A stretch of 64,000 bases of DNA. Origin: Mizuhopecten yessoensis (Eukaryota). Below are positions 13,791 to 27,884 of the stretch, in pieces; the stretch's first letter is position 1, and the number at the start of each line of letters is the position of its first letter. Location: the NCBI RefSeq assembly GCF_002113885.1, contig NW_018404202.1:456631-520630 (forward strand). The letters run 5' to 3'. The translations under genes and the position numbers were made by a program. Under the pieces are notes generated by a model that had not been told where the DNA came from, searched no databases, and saw only the letters and a program-made list of their open reading frames with translations.

Positions 13791-14023
13791 GATTGAACGA
13801 GAATGATGTCCATGTATTTATACACTATCCACCTGCTATAAACACTCTCCAATATTTGCATATTCCTCTACATGTTACGGTGAATTACGGTGTGATGTTT
13901 ACCACGGATTTTAATGACATTCCTTACATAATGGTGATAATGATAGTAGTGTCCCACACAGATAAACTCACCTGTTTTCATGACAATAACGCTATAATGA
14001 GCACCACTGTTTCGCGTCTTCAA

Positions 14024-14357
14024 CCTCTGTGACGTAGATGTACTGTGACCTCTGTAACGTAGATGTACTGTGACCTCTGTGACGTAGATGTACTGTGACC
14101 TCTGTAACGTAGATGTACTGTGACCTCTGTGACGTAGATGTACTGTGACCTCTGTAACGTAGATGTACTGTGACCTCTGTGACGTAGATGTACTGTGACC
14201 TCTGTAACGTAGATGTACTGTGACCTCTGTGACGTAGATGTACTGTGACCTCTGTAACGTAGATGTACTGTGACCTCTGTGACGTAGATGTACTGTGACC
14301 TCTGTAACGTAGATGTACTGTGACCTCTGTGACGTAGATGTATTGTGACCTCTCTGA
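14024..14357. repeat. 25-bp minisatellite with alternating variant (50-bp higher-order repeat)
   Basis: CCTCTGT(G/A)ACGTAGATGTACTGTGA with strict G/A alternation. Confidence 0.95.
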
Positions 14358-14853
14358 CAGGAAGGCATTGGTGTTTGCATTAAGATGCAGATTTCTGATT
14401 TTATTAAAAGTTATCATTTGTTGTTAAGATTAGAAATGTTGAAACAATCTTATAACTATGAAAAACACATGCGTAGTTTATCTTACTGCATATCTCTGAA
14501 TGAGTAATTATAAATGTACAAAATGCTATATATCTACAGAACACAGTATATCTACAGAACACAGTATATCTCAAAAACCCATAAAACTACAAAATCACTG
14601 TATATCTACAAAATACTAAATGGGGCAAGGAAGTCATTCTTACAGTGTATACAATATGATGTCAATCCGCTCCTTTATCGGGACAAATAAAAAACACACA
14701 ATTACAGTAAATATATATATAATGTAATTGTTTTGTGGTTTTGATTTGTCTCGAACAATTCTAAGTAATTCGTATACTACAAACATTCGTTTGCAAGGAC
14801 CCAATGTTATAATGTTATTCGGGAAGTTACTGTTAATATTACTTCTTTGACCC

Positions 14854-15323
14854 ATACAAAATACTGTATATATACAAAATAATGTATATATACAAAATAC
14901 TGTATATATACAAAATACTGTAAATATACAAATCCCTGTATATATACAAAATACTGTATATATACAAAATACTGTACATATACAAAACCCTGTATATATA
15001 CAAAATACTGTATATATACAAAATACTGTATATATACAAAATACTGTATATATACAAAATACTGTATATATACAAAATACTATATATATACAAAATACTG
15101 TATATATACAAAACCCTGTATATATACAAAATACTGTATATATACAAAATACTATATATATACAAAATACTGTATATATACAAAACCCTGTATATATACA
15201 AAATACTGTACAAAACCCTGTATATATACAAAATACTGTATATATACAAAACCCTGTATATATACAAAATACTGTATATATACAAAATACTATATATATA
15301 CAAAATACTGTATATATACAAAA
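14854..15323. repeat. 18-bp minisatellite
   Basis: Unit TATATATACAAAATACTG; related copies at 14515-14620. Confidence 0.93.
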
Positions 15324-15504
15324 CATCTTTTCTATAAGCAAAGGTTAAATGAATCTCATATCTACAAAACACTATTTATTATTATTATTATTATGAAGAC
15401 GTACTCTATCATATATATTTTAACTTCTGCTTCTTTTCGTGGGTATGAAACATGGGATCTGTGATAGCCCTTCACAGAGCCGATATATCATCTATTTAAA
15501 ATTT

Positions 15505-15549
15505 GATGATGATGAAGAAGTGTAATGATGATGATGATAATTATGAAAC

Positions 15550-15596
<47 letters not shown>

Positions 15597-15848
15597 GGAT
15601 GATGATGATGATGATGATGATGGAATAGTGTAATGATCATGATGACGATGATGATGATACTTATGGAAAGATGATAATGATGATTATGAAACAGTGTAAT
15701 AATGATCATGATATTTAAGAAATGATGATAATGATGGTGATGAAATAGCGCAATAATGATTATGATATTTATGAAATGATGATGATGATGATGATGATGT
15801 TAAAAGATAATGAGGACGATAATGATCATGAAATGATGATGATGATAA
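15505..15848. repeat. (GAT)n microsatellite and degenerate flanks
   Basis: Pure GAT run at about 15550-15622. Confidence 0.9.
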
Positions 15849-16366
15849 ATGGTGTGTATGAGTGCGAGTGGTGCGTGTGTGTTCATTTATATGCTATGTA
15901 ACATATATTTGAAAAATGTTTGAAAAATAAAAATAAAAGATACAAAAAAAAACTATGTAGTAAAAAAAAGGCGATATAGATTTATAAAGTTTGTGCTCCA
16001 TTTTGTTGTTGTTTGTTATGTAAATAATACACACAAGAAAATAAAGCAGTAGCTAGGATAGGTGACATGGAATAACGCCGACAAAGAGGCAACGGTTGAT
16101 AGAATATCGACCGACCTTGATTCAGACTACTGTATAGTATTACCTAGTAGGGGTAGGTAAACTGGGAACCCAGTCACGGAATCTCATCAATAACTTATGT
16201 CTTACAGCGCAAGCAAAATTACGGTTTTCGTGAAAGTACATATCATCGTTCTTTATTTGAACCTGTGGTGTGAAGTATCTGTCATAAGTTCTATATTATT
16301 TATTATATCTGGCAGAATATTGATACTCACACGAGATCTATACTAGTATATATCTAGTAATCTGTG

Positions 16367-18571
16367 GATACTGACAGTGTATTTAATACATGATACCTGT
16401 AATATCTGTCGGGTAGTATAAGAATACTGACATTGAATTTGATACATGATATGTGTAATATCTGTCGGGTAGTATAAGGATACTGACACTGAATTTGATA
16501 CATGGTATCTGTGATATCTGTCGGGTAGTATAAGGATCCTGACATTGAATTTGATACATGATACATGTAATATCTGTCGGGTAGTATAAGGATATTGACA
16601 TTGAATTTGATACATGATATGTGTAATATCTGTCGGGTAGTATAAGGATACTTACATTGAATTTGATACATGATATCTATAATATAGTCGTGTAGTATAA
16701 GAATACTGACATTGAATTTGATACATGGTATCTGTGATATCTGTCGGGTAGTATAAGGATACTGACATTGAATTTGATACATGAGATCTATAATATATGT
16801 CGGGTAGTATAAGGATACTGACATTGAATTTGATACATGATATCTGTAATATAGTCGGGTTGTATACGGATACTGACATTGAATTTGATACATGATATCT
16901 GTAATATCTGTCGGGTAGTATAAGGATACTGACAGTGTATTTGATACATGGTATCTGTAATATATGTCGTGTAGTATAAGGATACTGACAGTGTATTTGA
17001 TACATGGTATCTGTAATATAGTCGGGTTGTATACGGATACTGGCATTGAATTTGATACAAGATATCTGTAATATCTGTCGGGTAGTATAAGGATACTTAC
17101 ATGGAATTTGATACATGATACATGTATTATCTGTCGAGTAGTATAAGGATACTGACATTGAATTTGATACATGATACATGTAATATCTGTCGGGTAGTAT
17201 AAGGATACTGACATTGAATTTGATACATGATATCTGTAATATATGTCGGGTAGTATAAGGATACTGACATTGAATTTGATACATGATATCTGTAATATAT
17301 GTCGGGTAGTATAAGGATACTGACATTGAATTTGATACATGATATCTGTAATATATGTCGGGTAGTATAAGGATACTGACATTGAATTTGATACATGATA
17401 TCTGTAATATATGTCGGGTAGTATAAGGATACTGACATTGAATTTGATACATGATATCTGTAATATATGTCGGGTAGTATAAGGATACTGACATTGAATT
17501 TGATACATGATATCTGTAATATATGTCGGGTAGTATAAGGATACTGACATTGAATTTGATACATGATATCTGTAATATATGTCGGGTAGTATAAGGATAC
17601 TGACATTGAATTTGATACATGATATCTGTAATATATGTCGGGTAGTATAAGGATACTGACATTGAATTTGATACATGATATCTGTAATATAGGTCGGGTA
17701 GTATAAGGATACTGACATTGAATTTGATACATGATATCTGTAATATATGTCGGGTAGTATAAGGATACTGACATTGAATTTGATACATGATATCTGTAAT
17801 ATATGTCGGGTAGTATAAGGATACTGACATTGAATTTGATACATGATATCTGTAATATATGTCGGGTAGTATAAGGATACTGACATTGAATTTGATACAT
17901 GATATCTGTAATATATGTCGGGTAGTATAAGGATACTGACATTGTATTTGATACATGGTATCTATAATATATGTCGGGTAGTATAAGGATACTGATATTG
18001 AATTTGATACATGATATCTGTAATATCTGTCGGGTAGTATAAGGATACTGACATTGAATTTGATACATGATATCTGTAATATATGTCGGGTAGTATAAGG
18101 ATACTGACATTGAATTTGATACATGATATCTGTAATATATGTCGGGTAGTATAAGGATACTGACATTGAATTTGATACATGATATCTGTAATATATGTCG
18201 GGTAGTATAAGGATACTGACATTGAATTTGATACATGATATCTGTAATATATGTCGGGTAGTATAAGGATACTGACATTGAATTTGATACATGATATCTG
18301 TAATATAGTCGGGTAGTATAAGGATACTGACATTAAATTTGATACATGATATCTATAATATAGTCGGGTAGTATAAGGATACTGCTGTTGAATTTGATAC
18401 ATGATATCTGTAATATATGTCGGGTAGTATAAGGATACTGACATTGAATTTGATACATGATATCTGTAATATCTGTCGGGTAGTATACGGATACTGACAT
18501 TGAATTTGATACATGATATCTGTAATATATGTCGGGTAGTATAAGGATACTGACAGTGTATTTGATACATG
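16367..18571. repeat. 56-bp minisatellite (~39 copies)
   Basis: Unit GGATACTGACATTGAATTTGATACATGATATCTGTAATATATGTCGGGTAGTATAA. Confidence 0.95.
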
Positions 18572-20949
18572 GAGGATATTTAATGGATACCCGTTAGCGG
18601 TATATGTAAGTGAACGGGAAATCCTTTTAATTTTCTATTAATAATTTTTAATAGTTTAAAGTAGCACGATGCAACTATAACCATACCGTATGTTACAACG
18701 ATGTACCGATACAACCACTTATTGTGGTGTTGCTACGCAGTGAACAAAAATTGCCTTTCTGATTGGACAATACCAAAAGTGATATCTTCACATATGAAAT
18801 AATATTTACATTTGCATGGCATTGTCACTATATAGCCTCTTTGAAAGCTGTGTCGTTGATGGGACTTTAATTACCATGCATCACGAGACACAATTCTTAG
18901 CGTATTAATACAACACTGACCGGAACTACAATATCCAAATATAAATAAACATGACGACTGCTGAAATATCGCTGGGCATTGTGAGATTTGACAATGNNNN
19001 NNNNNNNNNNNNNNNNNNNNNNNNNNNNNNNNNNNNNNNNNNNNNNNNNNNNNNNNNNNNNNNNNNNNNAATTTTAACGCTCATGCAATTTATCAGAAAT
19101 ATCGTCTGTTACACTGCACTGATCAACAGGGGTTCGTTACAAATGTCTGAAATACACATATTCTATAGACCTACTGACACATATGTTACAGACCTACTGA
19201 TATGAGTCACAGCACACATAAACATTTCAGACATTTGTAACGAACCTATGCTCTGTCGCAAGATTACTCACTTCAAACGCTATCAGTTTCACGCGTCTCG
19301 CATCCACGGACGGTTCCTCAGTTTCTGACGACATGTCAAATAACGAGTATGTTATAGAATCTACCGACTGTTGTCGGGTTCCATACAATCAACAAATAAA
19401 TTCACGACTGGGTTCTTCACAAAATGAGCAGAGAGAAAAGTTCGAATTAACTTCCAAAAATAACTCCCTCGTGGAGGGCAAGGTCGGATTTACATTGTTC
19501 AATGTATTTGTCCATGCGCGAAATATGATCCGGGGAAAAATCGAAACAATTTCAAAGCTAACTTTCAGCTCAGAGTTCTATTGATAAACTTAAATCACCC
19601 TATAGACATATATCATACGCAATTGTATTGATACTGAATTGTGGAATAAAATTGAAGTGTTTTTTAAAATTTCAAAGTACTACTTTGTTTGCCAATCAGC
19701 ACGCGACAATACGCTGTTCAAAACTATTGAACGAAATTGTGTGGACTGTCGATAAGGCTGGCGTTTTTAATTTTAAATATAAATTATAAGTTAAAAAAGA
19801 ACATAAGAGGCAGAGAAAACGTAAATATAAGTACAATTGTATTGAACTGTTTTTGTATGGTATTTATGATCTATTTGAATGACACAGCTTTGCAAGCAAA
19901 CAAATCATAATGCGCGCAGTTCAATGCCTAAATAACCACATATGAAGATGTAACATTTCGTATATCTTCACTGCAGTTTTCTTTCATGGTGAAAATGTAA
20001 TAAACATGTTATACGTATGGTATATATGTTTCTACGTTATGTTAAGATGTAGGATAAAATCCACCAAACACTGTTCGATTTGTTCTTCAGACTTTTATAC
20101 TTAAGTTTTATAGAAAGCATGTACGTACATAACAATGACACATAACGCACTCCAAAGTCTACATCAAGGGACATTACTCTTACTTATGATGTACGGCGCT
20201 AATGTTTGCCATTAGATATATACAGGTATATTGAACTTAAATTAAAATTACAATATATTCACGAAGAACCAACCAATATATTATAAAGGTACATATGTTG
20301 CACTTTCCCCACAGATTCCGAGGGTGTTTTCAGAAAGTTCAACACCTCTTGTTACGTTACAGAATAGATAACTGTCTCTAGCCCGAGCAATACAGTCAAT
20401 AAGTGTCCTATAAAAACAACACTTATTACAATACTAATATGAATGTAGAAATTATCAAAACCAATTCAGAAACTTACACTAAATCAATATTTATTTCCAC
20501 TAAATGAAAATATTATGATTGATGAAGTACAGTAATCAATTTAAACATAACATACATCCAATGTTCTGAAATTCAATAAGAAGATATATATGAATAATAT
20601 AGAAACATGTCTGGTAAAAATAAATTCTCCCACACCTTCGATTTTCTCCAGTATAATTCTGCTCCCAACTTCCAAAATTGTCCTTTATACCTTCTAAAGC
20701 CTCAGTGGTGAGTGATGTGAGCAGAGTTAAATGATGTCGGATACCTTAGAGTTAAACTAACAGTTATCAGAGAGGGGGAGGTTGTCAAAACGGTAACCCA
20801 AAAACTAGAAACCAAGGCGTCGGAAACAAAAGCATACACAAAATGTATCGAGGCAGATAGGACAACAATATCGGTTTGTCGAATGTTGGAGGATGGGCTA
20901 ATGACCAAAGCGGGTCGAATGATTAATTCAATAAATGTTTTACATATGA

Positions 20950-22705
20950 TGTCGTTCGATATTTTATGTTGTGTATGGACGTTCTGGATAGGAAGGGAGC
21001 GAGTGAAACAATAGAAAGATTCTAAACCCTAACGTCAGAAGAGGCAGCAGCGTGTATTTCTATATAAAAAAAATTCCTGTGAAACCTTGAATGATTAGTA
21101 GGAGGACATTATATGGATGACAGTCAGTGGAACGGATCATATGTATATATTATGTATATCCTATTTACCACCTAAATATTCTACGAGACCAGTTGATGCA
21201 GCAACATTTTCCTCATCACTATTAAACCACGTATGCATCTACCAAATCATAGGCCATATTGATATTGTTGGTGGTTTTAGTGCGTAATGTGGCGATTAAA
21301 CGGATTATATTAAAGGGGTAGACAATATCTGGGATCGATAGTTTATTGACAATGGAGTAAAGAGTTCGGTTATCATCTAATTGACCTTTGGCCGATTCTG
21401 GTTCCTGTATTGTAAAGGCAAGAAAAATACGGAAGTTTTTCTGTCTCTCCACACCTAGGGAGATCAGTGGCGGATTACGTCATCACTCCCCATGAACNAT
21501 TAACGTCTGTGTATACACCATTCCACTGTATTAACGTCTGTGTACTATAACCACAGTACATTAAGTCGAGTTAATGTCTAAATTATGTGATTTTTTTTAC
21601 ACTAAAAGCAAACGTATTCCAGACTGTAGATTAGTTGAACACCTAATGGCACTCAACATAATATAAGTGATGATGCTTTAAACTGTTATAATACACATGA
21701 TTAGCCAGCAGATTTATTAAATGATGACGAAACTATAAGGGAAATCTTGAGAACAATATATTCTATAGAGCAAGAACTAGAAACCAATCACAGCAATATT
21801 ACTTCTAATGAACATTACCAGGTGGAATCCTTACTGCACCATCTAACTAACTTTTCTATGGAAAATCCTCTCTTGGAGTCAGAAAGAATAGCTATTTTTA
21901 AATGGTCAAACTCTTGAAGGCGCTGGTTACGGGAACAATTACAAGCGACCGAAAAACTTTTGAAAAGTCCAGGCCACACAGCGAGATGGATTGTTAAATA
22001 TCTGTAATAATTCTCAGAAAATTCTAAAATGAGGTATACATAATGAACGGAAAAAGGTATCCCTACCGAAATTATTGATACTAATTATAATTTGATTTCT
22101 GACTCTGATTAAAATTTTGCCAAATTGCACACAATTTATAAATAGTTGTACAATATTTCTGATTCTGCTGAACTTATTGATTCTTTCGGTCCTTTGTTAA
22201 CTGTACGTAGTAACGAACCTAATTTTCCTATTAAAAAGAAAAAGAAAGAACAAACTATTTCTCGTTCCAAACTAATCAAGACAGAAGGTAAAGATGAAAT
22301 TTATAGATCTGAGTTAAGTATTCCAGCGTGTTTAGTTATTTTATTCGATATGTCTATATTGTGTTATGATAATAGAGTAGTACCGAACATTTGGGGTCAC
22401 AATATCATTAACGCTATATTGTGTTATGATAATAGAGAAGTACCGCACATTTGGGGTCACAATATCATTAACGCTATATTGTGTTATGATAATAGAGAAG
22501 TACCGCACATTTGGGGTCACAATATCATTAACGCTATATTGTGTTATGATAATAGAGAAGTACCGCACATTTGGGGTCTCAATATCATTAACGCTATATT
22601 GAAAACCTGGAAAGCTCCAATGTCACCATTAGTTACAGAGGGATCTCTTTGATACCTATCACATGTAAAATATATGCAGATATTCTAAACCAGCGTTTAC
22701 TCTAC
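20950..22705 (+). mobile_element. Highly decayed LINE remnant (endonuclease and RT fragments)
   Basis: Fragments reading NRKILNPNVRRGS, ILCISYLPPKYSTRP, RSVADYVITPHE and SYRGISLIPITCKIYADILNQRL. Confidence 0.65.
22355..22601. repeat. 60-bp tandem repeat x4
   Basis: CTATATTGTGTTATGATAATAGAGAAGTACCGCACATTTGGGGTCACAATATCATTAACG. Confidence 0.93.
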
Positions 22706-22715
22706 TTGATTGGGG

Positions 22716-23033
22716 CGATCGACGGAGACCAGGTGACTCAATTGGTCAGAACGTCTGGTAAGAGTTCGAAGGTCCTAAGTTCAATCCTGTTCTGGCGGCG
22801 TTATATTTTCCTTCTCCTGTTACAGAGGTGCCGGGGTCAAGAGTTAGGGCGCCTGGCAAGGGGGAATACGGAACCAGAGTTGTAAATACCGTTATTTTCT
22901 TAGGCAAAGGTTTATAAATATGAACACTCGATCGCCGGTGATCAGGTAGTTTAGTTGGTCAGATAGTCCGTCTAGACTTCGGAGTTCCAGGGTTTCGAAT
23001 CCCCGTCTGTGACCGTTCCCCTCTCCTGTTATA
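22716..23033 (+). mobile_element. tRNA-derived direct-repeat element (TRIM/SINE-like) with two pseudo-tRNA copies
   Basis: Two diverged copies (22716-22824, 22929-23033) with A-box (TGACTCAATTGG / TAGTTTAGTTGG) and B-box (GTTCAATCC / TTCGAATCC), both ending CTCCTGTTA(C/T)A. Confidence 0.6.
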
Positions 23034-24383
23034 ACAGTATGTCTGTAAGTTTGAAGTGATCAGTTACAACAAATGTTGTTTTCACACTACATGTCAGTAT
23101 TAATCATCTAATCTCCCCGGAATTCATGTACGCATGCATTATTGTGAAACGGTATCACCTCTGTTTGCATAATCTCGTAAACACACTTTTTTGTCAAAAT
23201 TCAAAAGTTCGCAAATGAGTGTTATTAGATGTAGTGATTATAATACATAATAATCTTGTAAGCAGTATATTAACTGGCTATTGGCTGTTTCATTTAGTGA
23301 CTTTTGCCTTGTATTTGAGAAATTAGTAAAAAATAGTAGTATCAATTTAGAGTGGGTTTGTCGTGTGTCGGAGGTGAATGTCTGCCGTTATCAGTAGTGA
23401 TCGGTGTTGACAGGCGGCGATCTGGTATGTTATATATGTTAGTGACAGTCCGTTAAAAATGCGACTACCAGGCATGTCAAGCTGTTAATGTCAAAACCCT
23501 TTATATTATTATTTTGGTTGTGACATATACTTCTAACCTAAATGTATACGCTTTTCACGATTGTGACAATTTTTACGTGAAGTTTGACCGTAACATGTGC
23601 TATTCAACTCCCGATTGCGATTAAATACTTTCGCATTCCAGAGAGAGGATTAACGAAAATGGCGTCCCGTTTAGATACTATCATATATATCAACAAAAAT
23701 CAAGAAAGGAATTCTTCATAATACATAGAAACAAGGGATACATAGAAACAAGGGATACATAGAAACAAGGGATGCAAAACCGTTACTGGAGCTACAAATA
23801 TATTAAATTATAGTAAAATAACAACACATGAATGATTTTCACGGAAACCTTGAAAAAAACCCACTAGAACTAGACAAAATATAGTCATTGACTATTATGT
23901 GAAATTGTATTCTAAGCTTTGACTTTGTAACGAAAGAGATAACTCTAAAGTTTAATATAGGGATAGCTTGTTTTGTTTTGTTTCGATAATACTACCTCAA
24001 CTAGTGGATCCCACTTTCCATGTTTGAAAGTAAAAGTATTACTACACTTGTATGACAGATGGAAATATGTAAGTCAGCCGATACTTTAATTTAGCATTAT
24101 ATTTAGTTTTCAACCTAGTTATCATCATAGAGTATTTCATTGTCTTTAGGAGAAGTGGGAACAGGTAAGCTGCTCTAAAATGATAACACGTAACAAATAC
24201 AGGAAAAATATGTTAATTAATTTATTTATCTATTTATTAAAGCTTAACAATATACATGTATAATAGACATGACTTTAGTATGCTGTCATATGATCCCTAT
24301 ATAAATATATCAATGGGGCATGTTTGTCACATACATTTAATGGTCATCCACATAATAGCCACTAAACAGTAATATATAGATGC

Positions 24384-26062
24384 TGTATTAACGTCTGTGT
24401 ATACACCATTCCACTGTATTAACGTCTGTGTATACACCATTCCACTGTATTAACGTCTGTGTATACACCATTCCACTGTATTAACGTCTGTGTATACACC
24501 ATTCCACTGTATTAACGTCTGTGTATACACCATTCCACTGTATTAACGTCTGTGTATACACCATTCCACTGTATTAACGTCTGTGTATACACCATTCCAC
24601 TGTATTAACGTCTGTGTATACACCATTCCACTGTATTAACGTCTGTGTATACACCATTCCACTGTATTAACGTCTGTGTATACACCATTCCACTGTATTA
24701 ACGTCTGTGTATACACCATTCCACTGTATTAACGTCTGTGTATACACCATTCCACTGTATTAACGTCTGTGTATACACCATTCCACTGTATTAACGTCTG
24801 TGTATACACCATTCCACTGTATTAACGTCTGTGTATACACCATTCCACTGTATTAACGTCTGTGTATACACCATTCCACTGTATTAACGTCTGTGTATAC
24901 ACCATTCCACTGTATTAACGTCTGTGTATACACCATTCCACTGTATTAACGTCTGTGTATACACCATTCCACTGTATTAACGTCTGTGTATACACCATTC
25001 CACTGTATTAACGTCTGTGTATACACCATTCCACTGTATTAACGTCTGTGTATACACCATTCCACTGTATTAACGTCTGTGTATACACCATTCCACTGTA
25101 TTAACGTCTGTGTATACACCATTCCACTGTATTAACGTCTGTGTATACACCATTCCACTGTATTAACGTCTGTGTATACACCATTCCACTGTATTAACGT
25201 CTGTGTATACACCATTCCACTGTATTAACGTCTGTGTATACACCATTCCACTGTATTAACGTCTGTGTATACACCATTCCACTGTATTAACGTCTGTGTA
25301 TACACCATTCCACTGTATTAACGTCTGTGTATACACCATTCCACTGTATTAACGTCTGTGTATACACCATTCCACTGTATTAACGTCTGTGTATACACCA
25401 TTCCACTGTATTAACGTCTGTGTATACACCATTCCACTGTATTAACGTCTGTGTATACACCATTCCACTGTATTAACGTCTGTGTATACACCATTCCACT
25501 GTATTAACGTCTGTGTATACACCATTCCACTGTATTAACGTCTGTGTATACACCATTCCACTGTATTAACGTCTGTGTATACACCATTCCACTGTATTAA
25601 CGTCTGTGTATACACCATTCCACTGTATTAACGTCTGTGTATACACCATTCCACTGTATTAACGTCTGTGTATACACCATTCCACTGTATTAACGTCTGT
25701 GTATACACCATTCCACTGTATTAACGTCTGTGTATACACCATTCCACTGTATTAACGTCTGTGTATACACCATTCCACTGTATTAACGTCTGTGTATACA
25801 CCATTCCACTGTATTAACGTCTGTGTATACACCATTCCACTGTATTAACGTCTGTGTATACACCATTCCACTGTATTAACGTCTGTGTATACACCATTCC
25901 ACTGTATTAACGTCTGTGTATACACCATTCCACTGTATTAACGTCTGTGTATACACCATTCCGCTGTATTAACGTCTGTGTATACACCATTCCGCTGTAT
26001 TAACGTCTGTGTATACACCATTTCACTGTATTAACGTCTGTGTATACACCATTCCACTGTAT
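24384..26062. repeat. 31-bp near-perfect minisatellite (~54 copies)
   Basis: Unit GTATTAACGTCTGTGTATACACCATTCCACT; orphan copy at 21499-21544. Confidence 0.97.
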
Positions 26063-27316
26063 TTGTAGGTTAATACTGACGTTATAATAGACTAATGCTA
26101 AAGAACTGTCTCTACAATAAACTGCGACAGCTGGACGCTACTAGTCATTCAACACATTCTTAACTCGAATTGAAAACCTGCTATCCCAAAAAATATATAG
26201 AATTACATATAATGTACCCAGTTGCATTTAACATAAAACAGTAAAACAATATATAATATACGGCAGGTCAGTATGCTAAAGATTGTGGAAGTTAATTTTT
26301 CATTTCCTGCCACATGGCTTTTCTATTCCATTCGTCGTCTTTGAAAATTACATACTTAAAGCTAAATAATACTGTCTACATCTATTTTATATGAAATCAA
26401 CGCAATGAGCCGTATATAATTAATTAATGAAAGCAACCACATACGTATACGACAACAAAAACATGTTGGCGATTTTCATCTATTGTATAGGAAATGGTAA
26501 CACATTTCTGTCACACTACCAAACAGTAACACATGGTATTGTCTTCATTTAACATGGCGTCACATCAATCAATCGTCCTTATGGCCATGCCGCTAACGGT
26601 AAATAATAATACACCGGGAAATGTTTCTCATAACAGTTGATAAAATGGTATGATCAGTCCTTCACAAAGGAATTGTACAACAGATATATAAATAGACTCA
26701 GACTATATATCTTGTTTCTTTTAATCGAATGGAATGAACTTTGTTCCATGCTAATGAGGGCGAAAATGAATATTCATTGCATGAGTTGAAATATAATCAG
26801 TTCTCATAAAAAGGAACAAGGAAGGTTTCGTCAATAACACCGAATCAACTTTGTGGTCACGACAAATGTCATACTCTGCCAGGGAAAAGACAAAACAAAT
26901 TAGTTTATTATATTTATACTAGAGAATAAAGATAAAATGAAAAATAATATGTATTCTCCCTGTTTCGAAAATGTCTTAAAGCACCTTTATCTTTAAAAAT
27001 AATTATGTACAAAGAAATTTTATGCTAAAAATTGATTCTTGTCTTCCCCGGGCATTTTATTTTAATATTAAAGAGTGTGACTAAGAAGAAATGTTAGTAC
27101 ATCTTATTTTCCTTTTAATATGCACCACACTATCTATGTTTTTAATTTATTACCATATGCTGCAAACATGTAAAAATATCAACAGTTTCTAGTTGAATAT
27201 CAAACACGTTTCACTAGTATAGTATACAATCACTGCACTGTATCAAAAGCATTCCAAACTTATACAATGTATCTCTCTCAAACTGCCGCCAATAGATAAC
27301 CAAGCCTTATATGGGA

Positions 27317-27884
27317 TCAAACACTGGTATCTACTTCGGCGTATACGACGTTATCAGTGTCTACTTTAGGTTTAGGACTGACAGGAGGTGGGCGTGACTT
27401 CGAACGTGACTGTGGGCGTGACGCCGAACGTGACTGTGGGCGTGACGTTCTGTCCTGGACACTCACTTCCGCGTACACTAACCCGTCCGGGTTTTGATAC
27501 CGCGAGGGTCGATTGTCATCTATCTCACCCGTCTTATTTTGATTCTTTGATTTGTTAACGACAGCATAAACATCCCCCTGTGGAGATTCCTCTAGATCTA
27601 ATTTCTCCGTACCAGTAGCAGCCATAGTAGAACGTGTCTCTGGTTTTTGTACCTGCGCGTACATGTCCCCGGTCCCCGTAACGATGTAGTTGGTGTCCGG
27701 ATATCGTGGTCCGGCCGATACGTAGAGCGAGTTGTGAGTTATAGTGTCCCCGTCATTATTCACGTACCTTTTGTTGGTAGAGGTGTTAGCGTACGGATGG
27801 ATGTCATCAGAAAGGCCTCCATTTGTATTACCGTAGGACAGGTCTCCATTGTCTGAAGTCTGCTTATCGTCTGGTTTTCTTTTC
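27317..27884 (-). CDS. Receptor gene A cytoplasmic exon with ITIM-consensus motifs (LVYAEV, VVYAEV), ends DTSV*
   Basis: aaatag acceptor in phase 2, RKRK stop-transfer, open frame to TGA at 27317; paralogous to 49778-50378. Confidence 0.88.

Noticed and set aside
15488-15709. Poly-His ORF
   Set aside because: Antisense translation of a (GAT)n microsatellite.
16343-18570. ORFs of 380-550 aa
   Set aside because: Read-through of a 56-bp satellite; the same peptide cycles through all three minus frames.
22727-23013. Functional tRNA genes
   Set aside because: Acceptor and anticodon stems are mismatched in both copies; treated as TE-borne pseudo-tRNAs.
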